DNA of 61,525 nt, the filler included, from Sphacelaria rigidula (taxonomy: Eukaryota), in the NCBI GenBank assembly GCA_964200075.2. It is 5 parts of 5 records of this genome, joined end to end, with 100 filler letters (N's around TTAATTAATTAA, not from the genome) between each part and the next. Parts side by side here need not be neighbours in the genome. Positions count along the whole stretch, not along the records: positions 12,329 to 24,554 come from CAXNAA020003986.1; positions 24,655 to 36,879 come from CAXNAA020003987.1; 3 more parts are not named here. One strand, 5' to 3'. Positions 12,437-24,778 of this stretch are shown here, piece by piece. Below the pieces are notes generated by a model. It was given only the letters and a program-made list of their open reading frames with translations, ran no database searches and was not told the DNA's origin. The position numbers and the translations under genes are program-made. The number at the start of each line of letters is the position of its first letter. The first letter of the stretch is position 1.

Positions 12437-15400
12437 CATGCCAGAACGCTTTCTATCGTTATTCGCGACAACGTCCTGGAGTGTCAGCCCCAGCTCCTCC
12501 AACGTTTCCGCCATTCCCAAAACGCAATCTCGGAGGTTATCCAGCTGCTGTGACGGGGTTTCTTCCATCCGTACGGATCTTCCCTCTGTCGATCTTCCGG
12601 TTGAGTGACGAGGACTCGTGTCACCGTCACTTTGTTTGCTCTCCCCCACGGAATCAGTGAACACCCGGGTGCCACTGTCCTCGCGGCGTGGACTCAGCTG
12701 GCCCCGCCCCGAAATGGTTGCAAAGTCGAGAGCAACGGGAGGTGGGAATGCGAAAGCTCTGGCGAAATCACCAAGACTCAGGTGGCCTTTGGAGCGCAGA
12801 TCGACCAGCGAATCCAAGATCTGGTTGGACTGTTCCCATCTAATTTCGATGCCCAGGAGGCATCGGATGCCGCTCTGAAGTTTCGGCCGTGTGAGGCGCG
12901 AAGCTGAACCACCAAAAAGTCGCTTTGATCGGACCTTATCTGTATTAATCTTGACGAATTCATCAAAAAGTAAGCGCACGCCTGTCCATTCCCATGGGAA
13001 TTTCATGCATTGTTGGCTGGGTGTCAAAGAAGGCTCGCGGGTTTCTCGGTTTACACTGTCGCTGTCGTCGTTGGAACTTCCCCACCATGTCTCGGGAAAA
13101 TCGCGGCGGCCGAGCTTCTGAGGATAACTGTCTCTACTCGTGTTTGCCCCCCGTTGTTGTTCCTCTAGACTCTCTGCCACTTTCCACATAACGTTTTTCA
13201 CAACGTGGAGCACTTCCGCGGTGGTCGCATTAGCCGCAATTTTCTTCGTGGATTCGTACGGTAGCCTTGATGAAGCACGCGTCCGACTCGACTTCTCCCC
13301 CACCTCGTGCGTATACTCGGAAAGCACCTCCTCCATAACTTGCACAAACTCTCCTTCATCCCCCCGTTGGCATCGACGTGTTCCGGGTCCTCCACCGGCG
13401 TTCTCAGTGCCCACGTCGACGTTTTGTACGCTACCCCGGCGATCGGAGCACAATGCGCATTCAGTAGGAGAGACTAACCGTTGCTCACAAATTTCGCGTG
13501 GTCTATTCCCTTGGATACCCGCAGTCGCATCCTCGTGCGAGAGATTAATTTGGTCAGCGGTCTGTGCGTTGGGTTGTCGCGGACGAACATAGTCCTTCAC
13601 TGTGTGAGCCTCGGTTTTGACGGAATGAGGCCCCGCGCCGCTCTTGCTGTCCCGCTTTCTGGCTTGTTTGCGCAGTTCTTGAGCGTGACGTAGAAGTTTG
13701 AGGCGGTGTAAAGGGTTTGACACGCCCATCTCTTTTAGGAGCTCGCTGGAAAGTTCAGTCAAGAGTAACCCGTCTACAGAAGCTTCTCGGAAAACTTGAA
13801 CATACTGCGGAAGTTGCAGACGTTCTGAAAGCCACCTTATAACATCCGCGACCATCCAAGACTTGACGTTTTTCTTCAAACGCTGAGTGGTCTCTCGTTC
13901 AGGTACCCTTTCGGACATATTTACCATCGCGCCTCTCCCCTTCCCGTGCCTCTCGCTAGCACATCTGGGTGTACTACGAATGCTGCCTGGTGATCTGTCG
14001 GGAGAAACAGCCCTCGGTTCTGGACCAGTCCTTGCTGTCAAACCTTGCTGGGGCATGGAATCACTGATCGCCGGATGTTCAAAGCTCTCGTTATTGCCGA
14101 CTGCGGTGCTTAGCGGTCTACTACATTCGGCCTCTGTATCTGATCGCAGCGAGTGCAGAGGGATTTCTCTGGGACTGATGGTGGTACTATTGCTCTGCCT
14201 GCCGCCGAATAGTATCGGTTCCTCCGGGGACGATGGTTCCTCGTCTTGATCAACGTCTCGCGTCGTTGCCTTGACGTTGCTACCATCGGGGTGGAGTTCG
14301 TGAACGAGGTCATCCTCACTGTCATCATCGTGGTCGTCGTCATTGTCTTCGCATAGATCATTTAGTAGTTCCCTCACCTCCACCTCAGCCTGGCGGGCGG
14401 CCGCCCTCAGCAAGAATGTACAATATTCAGCAAACGATACTTCTCCGTTCCTATCGCGGTCCATTGCGGTAAAAATTGCGTCCACTCCCGCGTGCGGCGA
14501 AGCCAGATCGGCCCCCAACACTTTCCCCGCTTCTAGAACCCGCATTACCTGCAGAATAAAACCACCGGCTTCGATCGATCCACCTCCACCTTCGCCGCTG
14601 ACACCTCTCCGAGCTGGCATGTGTGCACCCGTTACCCTTTGTGCACTCTCCATGGCCTTGGAAGACTCATTCAAAAACGCCTCAGATGCCCTTAAAAGTG
14701 CCACCCGCAAGTCTTCTTTTTCGACGACCAAGCTACCACTGTGATTGACTCGGTAGAATAACGCCTTCATCGCCATTATACCTCTTGCTCGCCGAACAGC
14801 GGCCTCTTCTTGCCAGCTGGGTATCAGAACCTTCGGATGTGGGGCAAAACGAACAGAAACTCTTATTCGGCCAATGCTCGCCCCTTCTGTCGGCGTCATT
14901 CCGGAATCGTGTTCCTCGACGAGGACGTTGCTATGGGATTCGCCATTACATCTAGTTCTTGGCGTGTGCACCGAAGGCTTTTTCAAGGGGTACCACGCGT
15001 CCCTTGAATCACCGAAGTCGTCGCCACTCGTTCCAATCGCCCCAAGATCGAACGCACTGCATCTCGGTCTTCGTCTGCCGCTGTCTATGTCTCTGGCCAT
15101 TGACGCAATGACATCCTGAACAATCTCTTCTGTCAACACAGTGGCATAGCCGATCGTGCTGTCGCCCTGAGTCACAGATATGTGTACTGCAGTAGGTCTC
15201 CCGTTGAAGGCATTGTTGAATCTCATGCGATGTGGCGGAGTGTCTGCCCAGGAGCATCTGACAGATGTGTCATTGATGCTCTGTCGTGTCATCACCGTTT
15301 TCCGGCATGAGGTTTGGAAGCCTCGTCTCGCAGGCGTCCTACGCACTCTATGCCCCATGCTACCGCCGGTTTCGGCGGGCAGGAGACGTGTTAGCGTTTG

Positions 15401-18400
15401 GAAGTTTCCAAAATATGTTGGTATGTACGGTCGTGCACCATCCTCAGTTTCGATACTGCCGGTGAGCACCGTCTCAAGTACGGACACTTCCAGCACGCCG
15501 ACAGCCAACGGAAAGTATCGCACTGAAATAAGCAGCTGCCCGGTATCGGCGCCCCCCTCTCCCCGTCTTGTTCCTTTCTCCCCATAAAGCATTGCTACCA
15601 TCGGCAGCCATTCATGGAGCTCGGACCCAGGGACCCCTGTAAGGCGCTGCAGCTTCTCTGGGGATACAGAACACGTCGCCATGATGTCTCCGCCTTCATG
15701 GTGGTGTGTGGACAATTTCACGCAGAGATATTGGCTGCTGTCCCGCCCCGTTGTACCCACAGCCACAGCTCGTCCGGAGGCTACGCGAATATATGGTGCA
15801 CCGTGTGCGGCATCTGCACCTTCCACAGCTGCGGGTGCCGCTGCTAAGTAAGCTTTCCCTTTCCAGGATATGCCATGAGGTGCGCCGGATGCAGGAGCAC
15901 CGGCGGCAGCCCCCCGCTGGCGCCGGACCATGCGTTCAAATCCTCGAACATCCAGAAATTCCACGTGATAGTTCCCGATTGAGTGTAACGGAATCGCCGA
16001 GTTGCCTTCGGAAACGGTGAGAACTCCACGCGATGGAAAATGATCCAACGCCTCGCCCTCGAACCCAACACGGCAGCGGATGTGCAGTTCTCCTGAGGGA
16101 TTGCCACCCGTCCATAGTGCGTGCCAGGCGCTTATCGGACGCCCCTTGTCTAGCTCCTCGACTGGTAGAAGCCAGTCGCACTGCCCGAGAACCCGATCGC
16201 TTCCTCCTACTATGCCGAGATGGCTTACCACCTGTCCATTATCGAGACCCCGCTCGTTCATAGCAGTGATCCGTAGCACTTCGCTGTTGCGCTTACCATC
16301 ATGTTCAGTCACCACGTTTGCGTGGCCTCTGTATGGCAGGGTCAGCATCCCCGCTCCATCTCGCCACTCAGGATCCGTTCCGCCATCTCTAACGGAGGCA
16401 GTTTTGGCGCTTGCGCCAGACCCCAGCAATTCCACATAAGCTGCGGGGTCTTGGCCAGAGAAAGAATGCGCACGGCATAGGCCTCGTCCCTGTCGTACTT
16501 CGATGAACAAAAAGCGTCGTCTTTCTGTTGCTACTCTAGGATTGCTCGCCGACGAGCCGGTATCGACGGCGTCGGTACTACCTCCTACGCTCTCATCCGC
16601 AAGAAACTGCAATCCGGCAAAAACGCTCCCTGCTTCTCCCTCGCCATCCGCGACGCGCATAGGATACCAGGTGCGCGTCATGTGGCCCATGAACCACAAG
16701 GCAAACACCGGGATCTCCACAGTCCCTAATCGTCTTCCCTTGCCTCTGGCGCACCGAACTTCAATTTCTAACACAGGGGTGCTTCCAAGTGTATTTTCGG
16801 TGGTCTGGTCTCCGTTCGCAAGTGCATCCTGCTGAAGGCACAGCAGAAATGTTTTGTCGAATCTGATCTCACCTCTTGCCCCACGGACGGCACGCGTTCG
16901 TTGGAAGGGCGGTAGAGAGCTGCCGCGATGGTCGTACACCCTCAGGCGCACGCCTATTTGCGGATCCTTGGAGCAAGCGGGTAGTCCTCGGGCTGATAGG
17001 ATCTCCACGTGCAGCACACCATCGCGTGATTGAGATCTGGTGGGGTGTTTCAACGGATATGCGCTGCTGTTGAACTCATCAACGGGAGGTCTACTTTCAC
17101 CAGGAAATGTTCCCGTGGTGTCTTTGCGATTACCAGGCTGAAGGCCATCCTCGGACGGAACGTAGACCATATCACAGAAAATCCCTGAGTTCTGATCGCC
17201 TCTGCCATTTGTCGACAGGGGGTACCACACGTCGGCATGCATGCGAGGGTGTAAAACAAACGGCGCCACTGGTACACGTATGATTGCCATTTTTCCACCC
17301 CCGAGCGCCTTGTCCTTCACCTCAAACAGTAGCTCTGGGCTATGCAACTCTGGTGGTGTCCACAGCAGCGCTGCCTCCATACTTTCGTTGAAAATTGGAT
17401 CTAGTCCTGCTTGTCGGCGAGTGCTACACGTCCACTCGCCTGGGAGCAACCTTGCTTCTACGAGAGGAGCTCGATCGCCTATCATCGCTTTCGGCAGAGC
17501 GCGACAACACCTTATGTTAATAAGCATCCGACCTGGCCGACGTTCTAAGGCGTATCTCAGGGAACCGATTGGGCCGTTGTCTCCTTCGTCCGCACCCGCA
17601 GTAAGCTGTCGCTGCAGCATGAAGTCAGTGGAAAGAAACCGAAAACTGAGGCGTACTTCACCGGCGGTTTCACGGTCTCTGTTACCTCCCGTTTTGCTGG
17701 GAAGATACAAAGGGAACCAAGATTCTACCCCACACGGCTTGACATCCCACGGTCGACTTTCATTCGCACGACTTGGTCTCTGACGCGGCTGGATTTTCGG
17801 CTCCATCCTCAACCCTTGACGATTAGAACTAGTAATACTCTTGGTCATTCTGCTTTTTCCAGGGTATCGGTTCCCTGACACGTCATTGCTCGCTGGCGAT
17901 CTCCCGATCGACATGTCTTGGTCGTAGTTTCCTTCGCTTTGTATCTCTGACTCGACGGCTACCCCGGTGGAAGCTGCTAGCGCCTCAGCAACCGCTTTTT
18001 CAGCCGCCCAGATGCCTGTAAGAGAGAGTTCAATTTCGCCCATGATTTTCTCCCCGTCGATTCCGCTCGTGTTGAGCACCCGTACTATGATGTGCGCCGT
18101 GGTCGCGTCCGTCACGGTTGCCGTGCGAGTCTGAGGAGAAAGTCAACATACCGAGAAAGGGGACAGGCACATGAAACGGCGGAACGATCCATATGTCAGA
18201 GGCAGTTCTTTATTGAATGTGCACCTGTTCATTCTAGTGGGAGATGCGTCCGTTCACCCGACAGCTGATAAACTTGAGATTTCTAATCGTGACTTCGCTT
18301 GTTGCGAGGAACATCGTCGACGCCCGATATTGTACTGCGTGTCTTTTCCTCTTTCTTTTTGTCTTCCTTTTTTTTTCCCATCGTTTCATTGTATTTGTTT

Positions 18401-21400
18401 TATTTGCTTTGTACTTTCCTCTTTTTTCCTCTTTTTTCTTGTTTGAGGTCGGCCATTTCTCTCTGTGCTTTGCTTGTGTTGACGTTTTTATTACTTTTTT
18501 CTTTTGTCACGAGTTAGTCTGCTGTGTCGTTCTCTTCGACCCCTCTTTCTTTTTTTTCTTTGTTACTTCTTTTTTTCTCAGATCGTGTTTCAGTTTCGTT
18601 TTTGTTGGATACGTCGATCATGAGACCACGGCTGGACCCCTGGGGGGTCAGTTAAAGTGCGACAATCAATCAATAAAAAAATCGTGTCTCGCAACTTATC
18701 CCCGGCGCTGAATATTCTGTAGTTTTGTTGGTATGTTGCACAGATTGTATAAAGAACGGTAGTATTCACGAGGACAAAATATTTGTGGCGATTCAGGTGT
18801 ATCTTGTACCACTAGAACGCACATCTAATCACATACAGTATCTTCGGTTTTCACCTGGTTCCACAAGGGATGACGTCCTCCACCCACATGTGTGCACGTC
18901 GAAACAGTCTCACCGTCAGGTACGACCGTGAGAGACATTTCAGGATCCACATCCCTCGCTGCGCTGTTTTGTCCGCACCGTGGGACGATCAAATTCCTTG
19001 CCTTTAGACAATGGACCACTAACTCGCCCCCCATGGCAGGGTTTCGTTGCACATCCTCGTGAAACGGCGACGGCGAAATACTCCCGGACATGGCTTGTTT
19101 GACTCTCTCCCGGACACTTGTATCCTGCGTTCCGATCTTCGGACTATCCGGGGAAATCTGACCAGCAATATTCGTGATTTTTACATCTCCGTTTGCGTTG
19201 CTTACGCTGCCAGATGTGCACTGTCGGAACGTCATGGCGACCTCTAACGTTACGCCACATCCGTTCCCATTATCCTCCGAGCCCATACTACGCGCCGACA
19301 TAGGGGGGTCGGCACCGACCCGTCCCGTAAGCTTGATTGCTCGTTCCAAAACCACTCCTGGGCGGTGTGCCAGCCCCGCTGTTGGCACAAACCCTGTCCA
19401 CTCCGCTGGTTGGCCTGCGCCGCGTGTTACCTCAAATCTTAGAACAGACACCCTTCCCCTTTCCCACGCCACCCGCGGTAAGTTAGGGTTCCAAGGGAGC
19501 GAGAGGAGGTCGCCGCAGACGACTGCGGCGGAAGTACCGTCGTGGTTGCCGTCGTCGACTAGCTGGGTTATTTTCACACAACAGGTAATGAACATGCGGA
19601 GGTAACCTCGTAATTATGGTTGTATGAGCCAATATGCGGAGAACCATTTCTTTTTCTGAAATGAAAGAGGGGGTTTGTGACAGAGAGCCGACGTTTCGGT
19701 GCGTCCTGACATCGAATATGGGTTGAAGGCGTTCAGATGGACAATCGGCAGTCGAGTACGGCTTGAAGGCTTCGACTCTGGGTCGGCGAGAACGTGGTGG
19801 CTCCGCTAAACGCACGATAAGTTGCTTCTGATTCGACGCAACGGGTAAACCGAAGCTTCCTCGCCTCAGCGGCTTTACGCACAAGCGGCGGAATGTACTC
19901 TTATGGATGGTCAAACGGTTGCATAAATACTGCTACAATATGCTACATACGATGTGTATTTACGGCTAGACTACTACAGTAGAGCCGCGGAGCAGGAGAA
20001 CGTCGGCATGGCGCATGGTTGATGCACGACAACAGAGAGTAACATCTCGTGATGTATGTTAGGATCAGTTTCACCAGTGACTTGCCACTGGGCTCATGTT
20101 CCTGCATGTTTTCCTACGTTCACCTCTCCATGTCTGCCCCATGTGCACACCGCGGTAGCTTCATTTACAGTTCCGGGTCCAGACACAGCTGCAGCACTAC
20201 CTAAACCCGTTTTCCCGTCTCGTCGAACACCCCCCCAGTGATCATCCCAGTAGTCAGAGTCTGCCGCCAAAGAGATCCGCACCCTAACGCAATCTCGAGC
20301 CGAAAAGTCGCCACCATCCATGCTAGCAACAAGGACATCGAGTGTGTACGACTGATTGTGGTCGTTCTTGGAAATACTGGGGACGTCGACGGTACCGGGA
20401 TACCCCGTCGGAGCAAATGCTTCGCGAAGGATTTGTGCTTGTCCTGTGACCTGAGCGAAAAAATGGCCACGAACGCAGCACTTTTGTTTCAATACGGACG
20501 CGCTCCCGGCGCCGTGGTAGCGAGATGTTCTGCAGCATTGCAGTGACTGGGCTGAACATGCCTACCTTTGTACAAGCAACGCTTAGGGGGGACCTGACGT
20601 TTTGACGAGTCCAAGTTGCTATCCACTTTACGTCAGCGGTGAGTGTCGCACCATGGTGACCAAATAGAATCTACTGGAGATATCATACTCCTAGTGTACG
20701 GGTATCAAGTGAAGCAACCATAAACCCAGGAGTGTGGTAACTACGTGGCGCTACACTAGCTGTTGCTTATCAACAGCCGAGCATCCAACATTGAGATATA
20801 CATGTAGAACTAGACGTGAGCGTGGAACAAAAATTCAGCTGCTTGCCTCTGGGAGAAAGTTGAGGGCGAGGAGCAGATTTCCCCGAGACCCTCTCCCTCG
20901 ATGATCTGTCAGCTTGAATATCTCGGGGGAGATCTGCCCAATGTCCATGTGTAGCATAGAGTAGTAATTTTGTGCGTACCTGGTGACAATGTGAAGAGCA
21001 AGACCGCGTTTCCAAAATGACCACGAGGATAACCGTTGCGTCTTGCCTTATTATGTAAAAACACAAGTGTAAGAATCGACCGCAAGGTTGCCTCAACAGC
21101 GACAACTGTAGCTCAAAACAGGTTACGACGTAAGTCTCTAGGCGAGAGCCTCACACAGTGACATGGGATTCTGTATCGCGAAAGCTGCAGGATAAATGGT
21201 AATTGTGACTAGCTCAGATTTCGCCACTGCAGTTTGCTCTCCCAATTGTACAATTTTCCAACACCCCTGACTTTGGTTCCCTTCGTGTTTGGCTTCGCGT
21301 GTTGAATGGACCAATGGGCCCTACCCCCGGTAGCCTAAATGGTTGCATACGGCATCGAAACTCAAGAGCTTAGCGTTTTTTTTTCCTTTGTTTTTTTCGT

Positions 21401-22169
21401 TGTTATATATTTTCATTCGTTTGCTTCTTTGAGTTTTGTCCGGTGTCTATGTTAATTGTTTTGGGTTCGATTTGACCTTTCTGTTTTTTTCTACTCTATT
21501 TCCTGTGACCGCGCAAGGCATCCGCATCAGGTGCCCAGTACAGAGTACTGCGCAGGTATCGGAACGATTTTAAATGTAAAGACAAGGGCAGCAACAACAA
21601 CTAGTTGATTGATTGATTGGCTGGCCACCGCACATTATCACTAACATTAACTGCTCAGCTACGAATGCAGCGGTCGCCACAATACAGAGCTATCTGCCCA
21701 AACTCAGTGGAGACCCTCCCTGAAGCAAACTCAAGAAAGGGAAACAACGAAAAGAAGGAAGATAATAAATAGGGCAAACCTGGAAGCACGAAAAAAAGCA
21801 GAGCGAAAACAACAAGAGATGGGATACGAAAGGAAAATGTAAGGACAAGAAAAACGCTAGGCAAACACCCAAGTGCGTACAGTAGCTCATTTCCAATATC
21901 ACTCTTCATAGTGATACTCCGAAAAAGGAGAGAGTTGAGCGCAATACCCTCCGTCCTTGAGTCCAGGTTCTGTACGGAAGCGCCTACCAAAGTTCGTTCG
22001 TCACCTCCTGAGCGGAATGTTGCAGCGCGCTAACGGCTTCCGGTGGCCCAGGGGGTCGTGCCCATCGATAACAAGTATTTCCAATGTCTCCACGTTTGCA
22101 TCGTCGACTAGGAGCGAGAATTGGCGGTTCCACTCGCAGCTTGCTCTATTTCCGGCCCAGTTCATCTCG
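12437..22169 (-). CDS. Large multi-C2-domain, EF-hand and SAM-domain protein (partial; both ends unresolved)
   Basis: Phase-consistent exons (minus strand): 22169-22005 (CEWNRQFSLLVDDANVETLEILVID..LARCNIPLR), 20979-20847 (..GRGSRGNLLLALNFLPE, GC donor), 20450-20124, 19562-18855 (GELVVHCLKARNL..HPLWNQ), 18130-12437 (1898 codons, ends at ATG|GTAAGT). Several C2 signatures (GRMLINIRCCRAL..DPIFNE, GVLHVEILSARGL, FLFIEVRQGRGL..DPEW). Canonical EF loop DRDRNGEVSFAEY. SAM domain SWMVADVIRWL..LQLPQYVQVF..VDGLLLTELS..LHRLKLL. Confidence 0.85.
18320..18675 (+). mobile_element. LINE/SINE 3' end with T-rich UTR and (CAAT)n tail
   Basis: CATGAGACCACGGCTGGACCCCTGGGGGGTCAGTTAAAGTGCGACAATCAATCAAT; a second copy is inverted at 43213-43395. 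Confidence 0.7.
21604..21900 (-). mobile_element. Different (CAAT)n-tailed retroelement 3' end
   Basis: (TTGA)n at 21604-21619 followed on the plus strand by an A-rich tract; same layout as 18320-18675 but different sequence. Confidence 0.4.
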
Positions 22170-22655
22170 CTGTAACAACACGGGATTCAGTACGTGTGGA
22201 GCATGTCAGATATTGAAGAAAACGACTAGGGCTTTCGAGCTGACGTCTGTTGAACGACAAGGGCCAAAATAGACAAGTATGGTCTACACTCGTTACACAA
22301 AGCATGGTTCTACAGACCCGACAAGCCACAGTGCTGTATGCAAAAACAAAGCCATTTGGCAGTCACGCCAATATTACGTGGACTTGTTTTCGGCATTGTA
22401 AAGATGGCTCAATTGTGGCCAGTATACTGACTGATATTCACGGGGTGTATACTAATAGTACTAGACACGCTGTTAACATGCCACAAGATCAAGAGTGTGA
22501 GCTTCGGTCGAAGTATGTGTTTCTTCTCAGCGAACCGAATCTGTAACGTCCCACAACACCGGAAGCAAGGCACGCCCCGAGTTTTGAACTTGACAACCCG
22601 TATCGAGTGCTTGTAGTGATCGAGGGGTGGTATATCTTTTCAGTTTCAGCGCCAT

Positions 22656-22770
22656 TCCCCCGCCCCCCCAAGAGTTAGGAGTAGAAACGGTGCTCCGTCT
22701 CGAGAAGGATGCGCAGTCAAAGGTCAGACGACTAAGGCAAGCAACAAAGGAATACGCCACCCCCCCCCCC
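22656..22770 (+). mobile_element. C-tailed retroelement 3' terminus, subfamily B
   Basis: Matches 11945-12040 (GTGCTCCGTCTCGAGA..GACTAAGGCAAGCAACAAA); C-runs on both sides. Confidence 0.8.
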
Positions 22771-23620
22771 GTAATGAAAACAAATATAAGCCCAACTCGA
22801 GCGGGGCATGGGGACGGTGCAAGCCGTCCCAAGATTTTTACCCTTCGAATCCTCGCAATAGATCTGCAAACATTCGTCTGTATTTTATACCGCTACTTCC
22901 TACTACCTCTGCGTCACTTCACAGGCGAATATTACTTGATCAAGTTTGGATGCATACCGTAAAACGAGTAGAATATATGTCATGTTCCAGCACGTGTTCA
23001 GCATCAGAAAGTCGGCTCTTCACACAATATGTTCTACAGGATTTCTCGGCTACAGGATGGAGGAACCTACCACCGCAGAACTTATACACAGGAAAAGATT
23101 GACGTGCCGGAGAACTATGCAACTGAACCCCGTACACTTCATAGTTTTGTGTGTGAGTGAACGTTACACGTGATTTGATGCGTTCGACCATTGTGTACGA
23201 GCTTTCACGGATATCGAAACAATACAAAACTGAAAAAAGTAATACTAACACTAGTGCTGCTGAAAAGTGAAATTGCACAGAAACTTGAACGTGACTTCAG
23301 AAACAGCCTGCGCCAGAGAAAGAAAAGTGTGCTCTAGCTGAAGACTAGGGGACTGGACGCCTACCCATACCTACACCTTGTTGCCTTAGAAAAAGAGTCC
23401 TCTAAATCCAGGTAATTGGGCTGCTAGATGAGGTCAGACTTCTGAGAACGAAGCTGGTTCACTTTGGAAGTATGTCTCTGGCGTCGAAGCTAGGATTGAC
23501 ACCATTTTCGATATATTTGTACGAGTTGAACGCGAGTCAGAGAGTGGGATTACCAGGATTGCGGATGTCGACGGGTTCTCGCATCTCTCCTCCCACTGTA
23601 TGGGGCAGACTTTGTTGTTA

Positions 23621-23874
23621 CCCGTCATCACCCGGCATATTGCGAACCTCGACAAGTAACAAAGCGCTATTGTTGGCGGACTCTGCCCCACAAAGAGACC
23701 AGGTTTTCATCCTCCGCGTAAAGCATACCGCGCCGGCGAGGGCGGTGCATGATATGTCGGGCCACCCTTGTAAGTCGAGCTGGCATGTGGGACAGCCCGT
23801 AACGATGCAGGTACCCGGCAAACCAAGCCTTAACTTCATGGATCGATAGGAGATACTTCTGGCGAGATTCGTCC
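23621..23874 (-). CDS. Candidate upstream exon of the C2/EF/SAM gene
   Basis: Acceptor ..gactcag and donor gg|gtaac; the frame reads RTNLARSISYRSMKLRLGLPG..SALLLVEVRNMPGDDG, which resembles a C2 strand. Linkage to the gene is not proven. Confidence 0.3.
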
Positions 23875-24489
23875 TGAGTCGAGACAGCGCAGGGTTTGCG
23901 TACAGTGACATACAAGGAAGTGCAGGAGTTCCTACCGTGTCATTGGCGGTTGCTGTACGATATTAAGTCTGCCGTTCATTCCCTGGAGTGCTACAGTAGT
24001 TTTCAGCTGGAACAGGGGGTTTTGTAATTTTTCCCTAGACGGCGATTTTCGAAAGCGTTACGCGTGCCACCACTCATCCACGTGAATGTTTGATGCCAAA
24101 GTTTGGGGATCGTGAGACACTAGGCATCCGCTCTACATTCCGAGGCGAATCATATCTGCACTCAAAGTTGAACAATTTCCGGGCTGCCCGGTTTTCGGGG
24201 GTCCTGCGACTACCCAACGCCCGGTTCTGACCCTTGGGTATTTTTGCTCAATCGAAGCAATGCCAATCGTTCTCGGGGAAGAATTAAAAGGAATATTGTT
24301 CTGCGTTTCTACCTCTTTATTACTCCGTGTCAACCTGACAACACCAATTGAAGTTTGTGTGCGCACGATCTTCTTCTTTTCCTAATTTCTATCGACGCTA
24401 GGACTTTCGAGTGCTCAGTAAGTATACGATACGAGAAACAATTCAGAACACTACTTGAAAAAGAAAATTACCTGACAGAGCTCTGCATG

Positions 24490-24554
24490 GCAGGGGCGGG
24501 CGTACTCGTTTGTTGCTTGCCTTAGTCGTTCGACCATTGACCACGTATCCCTTT
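24490..24554 (-). mobile_element. C-tailed retroelement 3' terminus, subfamily B (abuts a gap)
   Basis: Reverse complement GGGATACGTGGTCAATGGTCGAACGACTAAGGCAAGCAACAAACGAGTACGCCCGCCCC. Confidence 0.8.
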
Positions 24555-24654
24555 NNNNNNNNNNNNNNNNNNNNNNNNNNNNNNNNNNNNNNNNNNNNTT
24601 AATTAATTAANNNNNNNNNNNNNNNNNNNNNNNNNNNNNNNNNNNNNNNNNNNN

Positions 24655-24778
24655 ATAGTCGCTCTCCACTGTTGAGCATGGAGTGAGAAAAGATTCCAGA
24701 TCGCTTCGGGAATCGAACCCCCCAACTCAACTATCAGAAGGTTACGAGGTTACCAACTGTGCCACCGGGGAGGCCGGC
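24655..24778 (-). mobile_element. SINE family 1 head (cut by a gap)
   Basis: Reverse complement GGTGGCACAGTTGGTAACCTCG..GGTTCGATTCCC (intact B-box). Confidence 0.8.
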
